A stretch of 64,000 nucleotides of DNA from Planctomycetota bacterium (GTDB lineage Bacteria > Planctomycetota > UBA8108 > UBA1146): assembly GCA_016776905.1 (NCBI GenBank), contig JADHSM010000007.1, positions 73,438 to 137,437 on the forward strand. Direction: 5' to 3'. Positions 19,615 through 27,603 of the stretch are shown piece after piece (positions within the stretch are counted from its first letter, which is position 1; every line of letters starts with the position of its first letter). The notes under the pieces were generated by a model. That model had not been told where the DNA came from. It was given only the letters and a program-made list of their open reading frames with translations, and did no database searches. The position numbers and the translations under genes are program-made.

Positions 19615-20015
19615 GTGATCTCCTGATGAACTTCTGAGCGAGATAGAGGGAAGCGCAGCCTGAAATGCTTTTTCGGCCGGTAAAGATTTACCGACATCGG
19701 AGCAATATTGTGCTGGGACCTTCTTCTCTCGGATCTTCCATTAAAATGAGAGGTGCACAGAGAGAGCCTCTGGGGGCTCTATTACCTCAACTCGTCTATT
19801 GTATCACCATCTGGTGGCTTCAGGGAGCCCCCAATGCCGATCTGAGCCACTTTTCAGTCGTTGTCCACAAACGAGACACCGTTCGACGATCGGTTCCATT
19901 TCGGGACAATCTCGGCGGCCAAAACAAATCTCAGCCCCCCTATCACCGGGCATGGCAGTTGCCACTCTTCCTTCCGAGATCTACTCCGGATCTCTACCCC
20001 ATCAGGAAGGCAGCC

Positions 20016-20699
20016 ATGAGCGCTGAGAGCAATACTTCTGAAAATGACGGCAAAAGAGGCCAAATCCACAATGTGGACGAACTCCGTAATAAAGGAATTC
20101 GAAAGGTCAGAGTTGTTGGTGAGTCTCAACTGCAGGAAATGGCGCGGGAAGCCGCTGCCAGAGCGATTTTGGAATTGGCGCAAGAGTTAAAGGTGAGTGA
20201 AGAGGATCGACGCTCACTTGTTGGCCGTGCCCAAAAACAGATCCTCGACGGTGATCCAGGCCCCTTGCCTCAGATCATTCCCAATCCGGTATCTCAGCCG
20301 GACGCCCAAGTTGCACATCTTCCAAATGAAGAACAGATCGAGGAATCTCCGGCGACATTAGGTCTGCAGGAGCAGGAGATGCTGATTCAGTTATCGAAAC
20401 TGATCTCCAAAGACTGGAGATCTGAATTGGCCACAGTGAGAGATTCTCACAAAACCCAAGTAGATAGGCTCGAAATGAGAATAGAAGAACTCACCCGTGC
20501 TTTGCGGGTCACGGACCAAGTTTTGACAAAGGGTGGAGAGAGTGTGGTGAACCCCACTTCAAAATTGAAACCCTTTGACAATAAAAAGGAAGAGCTGCTG
20601 GATCAGCTTTTTCAGGCGAACGTTGCCTTGAGAGAGATTTCCGCAAGTCATGGTGCTGGAAGTCTGTCCGCTGACAGCGAAGAAGGAAGGATGTCATGA
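20016..20699 (+). CDS. Acidic coiled-coil protein (228 aa), hypothetical. A candidate partner of the downstream actin-like ATPase.
   Basis: ATG at 20016 with a GGAAGG Shine-Dalgarno 8 nt upstream. It is Glu/Gln/Leu/Arg-rich with predicted coiled-coil segments. The stop overlaps the next start (ATGA). The track ORF extends in-frame upstream to 19665, but that segment does not look coding. Confidence 0.6.
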   Translation: MSAESNTSENDGKRGQIHNVDELRNKGIRKVRVVGESQLQEMAREAAARAILELAQELKVSEEDRRSLVGRAQKQILDGDPGPLPQIIPNPVSQPDAQVAHLPNEEQIEESPATLGLQEQEMLIQLSKLISKDWRSELATVRDSHKTQVDRLEMRIEELTRALRVTDQVLTKGGESVVNPTSKLKPFDNKKEELLDQLFQANVALREISASHGAGSLSADSEEGRMS

Positions 20700-21787
20700 A
20701 AGATAATAAGTTAAATCAACTCTCCAATGAGAGCGACGTGATCAGTCCCAAGCTGGATGGTAAATCTACGGCAGTAAAAGTCGGTATCGATCTTGGAACA
20801 AGTCGCAGTGCGATCACCACGTCAAAAGGTGAGCGTATGGTGATGGCCAGTGTCGTAGGTTGGCCCAAAGATGCGATTTCTGCGAAAGTCTTTGGTCACC
20901 GAGTCTTGGTCGGAGATGCCGTTCTTGAAAATCGTATGGGGTTGAAAACATGTTTCCCCCTCGCGGATGGAAATTTGGCTTTCACGCAAAATGCGGGAGA
21001 CCAAAAAGAGACTCTGCGGAAGGCCGGTCTGCACCTTTTCACAGCGCTGAGACAAGCTGCGAAGGCTGCTGAAGGGCAATCAGTTCATGCTGTCATTGGT
21101 GCTCCAGCAGAAGCGACTCGCGAAAATAAGCAGGCCATTATTGATCTGGCAAGAGAAGCTGGAATAGACGGTGTGATGGTCGTCTCTGAGCCCTTCGCTG
21201 TGGCTTACGCCCTAGACGCACTTGAAGATGCCATGGTCGTTGATATTGGTGCAGGAACGATAGATCTCTGCAGAATGGCGGGAAGCCTTCCTAACGAAGA
21301 GGATCAGGTCACGATTTTCCATGCCGGTAATCACGTTGACGCCAGGATATGTGAGTTGCTACGAGAGCAACGTGCTGACATTCAGTTCAGCCCGAACATG
21401 ATCAAGAAAGCCAAAGAGCGTTTCAGTAGTGTCGTCGATACGAACAAGCGAGCCCTCGTGACATTCCCCGTGAATGGCAGGCCTACCGAGGTGGACATTA
21501 CCGAGCAGATACAAACAGCGGTTGGAGAATTGGTCCCCCATATTGTGGACGGCATACAAAAGTTGGTGTCCACATTTGACCCGGAGTTCCAGCATCGGAT
21601 TCGGAGTCGCGTCATCGTCAGTGGTGGCGGGTCTCAGGTGTACGGATTACAGGAAGCTCTGGAAAAAGGGCTCGAAGATTTGGGAGGCGGACGGGTTATG
21701 ATCGTTGACGATCCCGTTTTTGCTGGATCCCAAGGAGCTCTCAAACTGGCTTTGGAAATGCCAGAAGAGTACTGGGAGCAACTGTAG
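20696..21787 (+). CDS. Actin-family ATPase, MamK-like. A bacterial actin distinct from MreB.
   Basis: Actin-fold motifs: phosphate-1 'VGIDLGTSRSAI', phosphate-2 'VVDIGAGTIDL', adenosine 'VIVSGGGSQVYGL'. Several segments resemble MamK rather than MreB: 'SVVGWPKD', 'AVIGAPAEATRENK', 'VVSEPFAVAYALD', and the C-terminal 'DDPVFAGSQGALKLALEMPEEYWEQL'. A GGAAGGA Shine-Dalgarno lies 5 nt upstream. Confidence 0.75.
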   Translation: MKDNKLNQLSNESDVISPKLDGKSTAVKVGIDLGTSRSAITTSKGERMVMASVVGWPKDAISAKVFGHRVLVGDAVLENRMGLKTCFPLADGNLAFTQNAGDQKETLRKAGLHLFTALRQAAKAAEGQSVHAVIGAPAEATRENKQAIIDLAREAGIDGVMVVSEPFAVAYALDALEDAMVVDIGAGTIDLCRMAGSLPNEEDQVTIFHAGNHVDARICELLREQRADIQFSPNMIKKAKERFSSVVDTNKRALVTFPVNGRPTEVDITEQIQTAVGELVPHIVDGIQKLVSTFDPEFQHRIRSRVIVSGGGSQVYGLQEALEKGLEDLGGGRVMIVDDPVFAGSQGALKLALEMPEEYWEQL

Positions 21788-21890
21788 AAAATACAGTTCC
21801 GCTCTTTTTAATAGATCCCTCACTCAGCGCCGGGAAGTTCATGCAGGTGAATTTTCCGGCGTCTATTTTTTGGAGTGTGTGGGGTAAGGT

Positions 21891-23030
21891 TTATAGTACG
21901 GGAGGTTGTCCCTGCGTGCGGGTTCGGAGTTCTCGTACGATTTGAACGATGGTGTTTCCAGCAGTGGATGCCATGTCCGGTGTCGATTCTGGACCTAGAG
22001 ATAAACGAATCGACCCACTGATCATTCGTCCAGGCACGCTCATCGCCTTGAGGACATGACTGGGCTCCCGAGCTCCAGAGGAACAAGCGGAGCCGCTAGA
22101 TGCGGAGATGCCGGCCATATCTAATCTGACCAATAGAGTTTCTGCATGAACGCCTTCGAAGGAAACATTGATACATCCCGGCCAATCGATCGAATCGTGT
22201 TGGACGTACCGAGTCCCCTCAAGCGGTTTGAGATGTTCAAGGAAATTCGCTCGACACGTCTGCAGAAGGTCTAGATTCCAGGGATTCTCCTTCTGGAAAT
22301 TTTCTGCCAAAACTCCGATGCCATGAATCGCCAAAAGATTTTCTGTTCCAGGTCTTATTTTTTTCTCTTGGGGTCCTCCATGGATGGTGGGTTCTACCAG
22401 TGAACCTTTCCTGATCCAAAGAACTCCTACACCCGTAGGTCCTCCGGCTTTATGAGCGGTGATGGAGGCAGAATCCAGAGGCGAATCCCCCAAGTGATAG
22501 GCTTTTCGGAAAAATCCTTGAGCCCCATCCGAATGGAAGTGCCCGCCACCAGTATGGACGAATTCTGCCAATGATTCTAAATCTTGGCAAATGCCTGTTT
22601 CGTTATTGATCCATTGGATCGAGACGATGCCGTTATCTGGAACCTCCTCAGGGATGACTCGCCCGTTTGTGTCGACGGGAATGATGCTCCCGGATCGACC
22701 TGCGGCATGGAGTCTTCTCAGCACCTCAAGAATCGAGGGATGCTCTGTGGAGCTCGCCGAAACCGCAGACGAAGAATTGACGAGTCCTCCCAGTGCCAGA
22801 TTGTTACTCTCAGTACCTCCGCTGGTAAAAATGATCTCTGAAGAATCAACGCCCAAACAATCAGCGACCTTATCTCTGGACTCTTCAATAATTTTACGAG
22901 AACGCCGTCCGTCCCCATGGAGGCTTGAGGGGTTTCCCGTATGGCGAGTACTGAGTAAATCGGACATGGCAGAAGCCACCGAAGGTAGCAAGGGCGATGT
23001 CGCATTGTGGTCCAGATAGACTCGATTCAC
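21891..23030 (-). CDS. Cysteine desulfurase, NifS/IscS family.
   Basis: PLP-lysine motif 'SAHKAGGPTGVGVLW', the active-site Cys loop 'SSGSACSSG', and 379 aa. Confidence 0.88.
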   Translation of the reverse strand: MNRVYLDHNATSPLLPSVASAMSDLLSTRHTGNPSSLHGDGRRSRKIIEESRDKVADCLGVDSSEIIFTSGGTESNNLALGGLVNSSSAVSASSTEHPSILEVLRRLHAAGRSGSIIPVDTNGRVIPEEVPDNGIVSIQWINNETGICQDLESLAEFVHTGGGHFHSDGAQGFFRKAYHLGDSPLDSASITAHKAGGPTGVGVLWIRKGSLVEPTIHGGPQEKKIRPGTENLLAIHGIGVLAENFQKENPWNLDLLQTCRANFLEHLKPLEGTRYVQHDSIDWPGCINVSFEGVHAETLLVRLDMAGISASSGSACSSGAREPSHVLKAMSVPGRMISGSIRLSLGPESTPDMASTAGNTIVQIVRELRTRTQGQPPVL

Positions 23031-23512
23031 GACGCCGGGCCTCCCAGATCCAAACCCCTTGTCGACAGCATGTCGATATTCCAGGTTTGATCTTCACCAA
23101 GGGTGATTTTTAGGGAGTATTCGATGAACTGTGAGGGGTCTTCCCATATCAGGGTCATCCAACGGGAGGAGTCCTCACCTCGAACGGGCTCAGACTGGGG
23201 ATCGATGCTGGAATTGACGATCAAGTCTCGGAGACCGATATCTCCGAGTTCTGGGACGTCTACAAAGCGGATTAATGCTTTGAACTGGAGGGGGCTGATT
23301 TGTTGCTGAGTGTTCTCCGTCATGCACTGGTAAGCCTTGTCGAACTCAGAAGCATCGATGGCATAGCGAAAGTAACGTACGGTTTCTAGGGGATCGCTTT
23401 TACTAAAATGGTCGTCCACGTTTGGAATGCTTTGGCAACCCGACGAGGTCAGGAGTGAGGTGACCGATAACCCCACGAGTAGAAGTAACGGTAATCGTGG
23501 CTGAGAGGTCAT
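23027..23512 (-). CDS. Lipoprotein, hypothetical.
   Basis: Signal peptide plus lipobox 'LLTSSGCQ'. ATGA-type overlap with the desulfurase gene. Confidence 0.55.
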   Translation of the reverse strand: MTSQPRLPLLLLVGLSVTSLLTSSGCQSIPNVDDHFSKSDPLETVRYFRYAIDASEFDKAYQCMTENTQQQISPLQFKALIRFVDVPELGDIGLRDLIVNSSIDPQSEPVRGEDSSRWMTLIWEDPSQFIEYSLKITLGEDQTWNIDMLSTRGLDLGGPAS

Positions 23513-23514
23513 GA

Positions 23515-24006
23515 TTATTCCTTCTCCTCGTCAATATCAAGTTCTGGAAACTTCGGCAAATCTGTCAGGTTTTCTTCCGGGATGAAATCTTCTATTTTCA
23601 CGTCGACCACTTCGTCCAGCACCTCTTGAGATGCAAAGAGTGGAAATTGGTGAAGTGCTGATAGTACAAAAGCATCGCTGGGTCTGCAGTCCAAATGAAC
23701 TTCATTGCGAAGACCGTCACTCCCCACACGTTCAAGTATCAAAATCGCACAAAAAGCACCCTCGACGATTTGGTTGACGATGGCTTTTTTTATCGAGATT
23801 CCAAATCCCATGAGAAGAGATCCCACCAGATCGTGAGTCATTGGCCTGGGTAATGGTTCATTTAGAACAGCTCTATTCAGCGCTTCACCTTCAGGAGATC
23901 CAATGAAAATGGTGAATGATTTACTCGGTGATTCTAGGAAAACAGCGGTGCATGAAGTTCCCTCCATACAGGACTTTATTGTAATGGGAATGAAAGGCTG
24001 ATTCAT
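23515..24006 (-). CDS. Bifunctional nuclease domain (DUF151/BFN) protein.
   Basis: 'DCRPSDAFVLSAL' matches the conserved BFN 'RPSDAIALA' core, and the size is typical of the family. Confidence 0.6.
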   Translation of the reverse strand: MNQPFIPITIKSCMEGTSCTAVFLESPSKSFTIFIGSPEGEALNRAVLNEPLPRPMTHDLVGSLLMGFGISIKKAIVNQIVEGAFCAILILERVGSDGLRNEVHLDCRPSDAFVLSALHQFPLFASQEVLDEVVDVKIEDFIPEENLTDLPKFPELDIDEEKE

Positions 24007-24007
24007 A

Positions 24008-24775
24008 TTATCCAGAGGTCCCTTCGTTCACGATTCCAACGCTGGCACCATGATCTTCAAGGCAATCGCGCAGCGGTTGGAGGAGATGAAGTGAATGCGC
24101 TGAACAGGCTAGAATCTCTCCTTTGCCACCATTCATGATATGGCATCCCGCCCCCCCCGACTCCTGAATGATCAGCATGCCTGCGGCAACGTCCCAATCA
24201 TGGGTTCTGTACCACGCTGCTGCGTCGAGTCGTCCCGTTGCCACCCATGCCATCTCCAGCGCGATGGATCCTAGAGTTCGTTGTTTGATATTACTGGGAA
24301 GAAAATTGCGCCACCGAGGACGTTTCTTTCTCCACCTCGGTGTGAGGTGAATCATGGGGATATCGGCGCGAGTCGGAGAAACGGGATGCAAGCCCCCGCT
24401 GACTGTTCCTTTTCCAGCGACCGCTTCGATCCACTCTCCTCGTACTGGATCAGAGATCCAACCCAACTGTGTCTTGCCCTGATGTCTATAGGCGATAGAG
24501 ACAGCAAAAATCGGAATACCTCTCGAGTGATTGGTGGATCCGTCCAGTGGATCAATGATCCAACCGGTCGTATCGGTGTCGTCTACAACGCCCAGTTCTT
24601 CGCCACTGATGGGGTCGTCAGGGAATTTTTCACGAGTAAGATCTCGGAATAATTGTTCCGATTCCTCGTCAGCATCGCGCCCCTCTAAGAAACGCTCTTT
24701 CACAAGTCTGCTCAATTGAGCGAGGACTTGTCGTCCGTGGCTTCTGCGTTCAGCGAGAGGGCTTAACCTGTACAT
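24008..24775 (-). CDS. suhB: Inositol monophosphatase family protein, SuhB-like.
   Basis: 'WIIDPLDGSTNHSRGIPIFAVSIA' is the IMPase metal-binding signature. A second motif is 'WDVAAGMLII'. Confidence 0.85.
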   Translation of the reverse strand: MYRLSPLAERRSHGRQVLAQLSRLVKERFLEGRDADEESEQLFRDLTREKFPDDPISGEELGVVDDTDTTGWIIDPLDGSTNHSRGIPIFAVSIAYRHQGKTQLGWISDPVRGEWIEAVAGKGTVSGGLHPVSPTRADIPMIHLTPRWRKKRPRWRNFLPSNIKQRTLGSIALEMAWVATGRLDAAAWYRTHDWDVAAGMLIIQESGGAGCHIMNGGKGEILACSAHSLHLLQPLRDCLEDHGASVGIVNEGTSG

Positions 24776-25967
24776 TCATTGTCCTGTCGGCATGACTTCG
24801 AAAGTGCTTCCAAGCCAGGTAGGGTTCGTCCCTCAAGGAACTCTAGGGAAGCGCCCCCTCCTGTTGATACATGATGAAATCTATCAGAAATCTGAAGTTG
24901 ACGGACTGCGGCTGCACTATCTCCACCCCCGACGACAACTCGACCAGCGTGGTGAGCGAGGAAGCGGGCGATTTCTCGAGTTCCGTTGGAGTATTCAGTC
25001 GTCTCGAAGACTCCTGCAGGGCCATTCCAAAAAATTGTTTGAGCCGATTGAAGTCGTGATTTGATGTGATCCAGGCTCTTCTCACCGATGTCGAAAAATG
25101 AAAGGTGCTCAGGAACCGGATCTCCGGCTTGAATAGAAACAACTTCTGAGGGGTGTTCCAAATCGTCTCCAGCGACAAAATCGACAGGAAGCACAGGTTC
25201 GGGTCCTCCGCTGAGGAGCTCCTTCACCGCACTCAATGAATCAGGTTCAGTTCTGGAAGCCCCTACGTCTATTCCTTCTCCAGCGAGAAGAGTGTTTGCG
25301 AGTCCACCTGTACAAACGACTCCGTCAAGTTGAGGACCCAACTGAGCGAGAACACCCATTTTGTCTTTTACTTTTGCTCCTCCGGCAATTACCCAAAAAG
25401 GCCTTTTCGGAGAATCCCTAATTTCTGTCAGGATCTCCAACTCTTTTTGAATCAAGAATCCGGAGAATGCCGGGAGAATTGAAGCGGCCGCAGAAACTGA
25501 GGCGTGAGACCTGTGGCAACACCCAAATGCATCATTCACATAGTACTTACAGTGACGGACGAGCCCCTGAGCAAAGTCAAGATCATTGGCTTTCTCACGG
25601 GGGTCGAATCGAAGGTTCTCTAAAAGAAGCACGGATCCATCTGAAGCAGCATCTAGGGCGTTCTTGACAGCCTCGCCTGGAGGGAATTCTTCGACGTGCT
25701 CGATCGGGATATCAAAATCTGAATGGAGGACACGTGCTATGGGAGCAGTGCTCCAACGTGAATCATGCCCTTTTGGGCGTCCTAAATGCGTCGCCATGAG
25801 AATGACAACGTCTTGATCCAGTAACCTTCGGAGCGTAGGGAGGATGGCTTCAATACGATTGGCGTCCGTTATCTTTCCGTTTGCCAGAGGGACATTGAGA
25901 TCTGCACGTAAAAAGACTCGGTCTCCTGGACTGAGCTGAGTGATCAGATCTTCAATATGACGCATGC
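24763..25967 (-). CDS. pgk: Phosphoglycerate kinase.
   Basis: 'RADLNVPL' N-domain motif and C-domain 'GGGASLEFLEG'. The start is taken at Met 'MRHIEDL' with an AGGA Shine-Dalgarno. The upstream 26-codon extension in the track ORF is probably untranslated. Confidence 0.9.
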
Positions 25968-26100
25968 TGGAGTCCTGTCCCTTTTTGAGGTCTGTGGCAA
26001 TTAAAGATAACAGGAGCACCCCAATTAAGGAATATCTGCACACGAGCAGGACTCAAAGATAATGGCAGCGAAAATGACCCAAAATCTAAAAAAGGTGTGG

Positions 26101-26319
26101 TCACTGTATTTCAGGAGGCGTTTGAGAGCTCTTCTTGACCAGATCGGCAATTCTTCGGCGAATGAAATAGCGCGTGAAGAGGAAGAATGGAAAGAGCAAT
26201 AGATCGAGAAGACTCATGAACAGTGATTTTATGATCTGCACGCGAACGTATCCACGTGATCGTGAAGAGGCTTCAGGTAGTGGAGAAATCGACAGTCGAT
26301 TTGATTTTTGATCGATCAC
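26101..26319 (-). CDS. Small C-tail-anchored membrane protein (72 aa), hypothetical.
   Basis: ATGA overlap with the upstream gene. C-terminal TM segment 'LFMSLLDLLLFPFFLF'. Confidence 0.4.
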   Translation of the reverse strand: MIDQKSNRLSISPLPEASSRSRGYVRVQIIKSLFMSLLDLLLFPFFLFTRYFIRRRIADLVKKSSQTPPEIQ

Positions 26320-27317
26320 TTTTCAGGCTCAGCCAGGACTTTGGTCCCACGTTTTTTCAACCAACTCCATCGAGAGACTCTAGAAGCGACGGCTTCTAAG
26401 GTTTTGTAATAAGTATAGTTGAGAGCGGTTTCTTGAGATCTGCCGACTCCTGCAGAAAATGGCATTTTCACTTTACCGGTGTGAACTCGTACCAGTTTTC
26501 CTTCGGCGTTTCGTTCTAGGAGTTCAAGTTGCGCTTCACCTTGATAAATATTGGCGATGGGTGCGCCATAGAAGTCTTGCTGACGGACGAAATAGCATCT
26601 GAGTTTGACTTTTAAAACGGAAGCCGCGCCTTCTTGTTTTCCTGGAGAAAAGCGAACCTTCCCTCCCATACGATTGAGCTGATATTTCAAACCGGACGAC
26701 TCGACCTTTTTACGACCGAGTTTTTCATCGGCGACAACAACAATCATCTGAGCATTAGGACTGCCAGGCGGTAAATCGGGTGTGTTCTCGCGATCGAGCT
26801 TCTCCCAATCGGGAAGTGGGAGTTTTTCAGGAATCGCTGGAACCGATTCTGCAGGAGTATTGTCCATCTCCTTTTTGCGAGCCACAGCCTCAGCGCTTCC
26901 AGCGAGATACCAATCCCCGCCAATCCAGATATATCCCAATGCTTTCCGTGCGGCAAGATGGTCGGGGGAAAGAGCGATCACACGTTTCCAATGTATCGAA
27001 GCTTGAGTTTGTAATCTTTTATCGGTGCACCAAAGTGCTAAAGAAACATGGGCTTGAACGTCGTCGACTTTTATTTTGGCAGAACGTTCATTGTACTCGT
27101 CGAGAGGTGTCGAAGAGGTGGTCACCTTTTTGATCTCGTTCTTGTCGATGGTGACGATTTTTCCATCCAGTGTTCGGATGCTGACCAAGTCACCGATCTC
27201 TCTGACGATATTGCCTTCTAGCGATTTTCCATTTGTCAGTAAAAAGATATCCGCTGAAACGGGCAAGGTGGGAATTGTAACCAACAGAATTAGTGCGAAA
27301 CTGTATATGATTCTCAT
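26316..27317 (-). CDS. Secreted hypothetical protein.
   Basis: Signal peptide 'MRIIYSFALILLVTIPTLPVSA' when the start is taken at the internal Met. The longer track ORF would translate the tandem DNA repeats upstream. Confidence 0.5.
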   Translation of the reverse strand: MRIIYSFALILLVTIPTLPVSADIFLLTNGKSLEGNIVREIGDLVSIRTLDGKIVTIDKNEIKKVTTSSTPLDEYNERSAKIKVDDVQAHVSLALWCTDKRLQTQASIHWKRVIALSPDHLAARKALGYIWIGGDWYLAGSAEAVARKKEMDNTPAESVPAIPEKLPLPDWEKLDRENTPDLPPGSPNAQMIVVVADEKLGRKKVESSGLKYQLNRMGGKVRFSPGKQEGAASVLKVKLRCYFVRQQDFYGAPIANIYQGEAQLELLERNAEGKLVRVHTGKVKMPFSAGVGRSQETALNYTYYKTLEAVASRVSRWSWLKKRGTKVLAEPEK

Positions 27318-27368
27318 GTTTTTGGGGAAACCCCCAGAATTACAACTAGAGAAACATTTGGAGAAACT

Positions 27369-27404
27369 ATTGGTCAAAATATTGGTCAAAATATTGGTGA
27401 GACC
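27369..27404. repeat. Tandem 12-bp repeat ATTGGTCAAAAT, about 2.5 copies, in the promoter region of the secreted hypothetical gene.
   Basis: Read directly. On the minus strand it reads TTGACCAATATTTTGACCAATA, which contains repeated TTGACC hexamers. Confidence 0.85.
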
Positions 27405-27603
27405 AATAAAGAAACCAATCCATCCATTCAAGAAACCAAGTGCACGCAGAGGTGCGAGGCGACCAATTCCGAAAGGGCTCAATTTCCTGTATCCTCTCCT
27501 GTGTCAGATTTCAATAGTAACGATCCAGACTTTAACAGTAACGTTTTACCAGATGTAGTTTTTAACACCGTGAAGACCATCGAGTGACGAAAAACATTGA
27601 ATA

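Noticed and set aside
19665-20015. A 117-codon in-frame N-terminal extension of the coiled-coil gene in the ORF track.
   Set aside because: The in-frame Met at 20016 has a good GGAAGG Shine-Dalgarno. The upstream translation is compositionally unlike the rest of the protein. The region is more plausibly the divergent promoter shared with the secreted-protein gene.
27369-27404. A CRISPR array or mobile-element terminal repeat. The same question applies to 17694..17737, 5687..5740 and 43957..44010.
   Set aside because: All of these are contiguous tandem repeats of 12 to 27 bp without spacers. No cas genes, transposase or integrase occur in the window.
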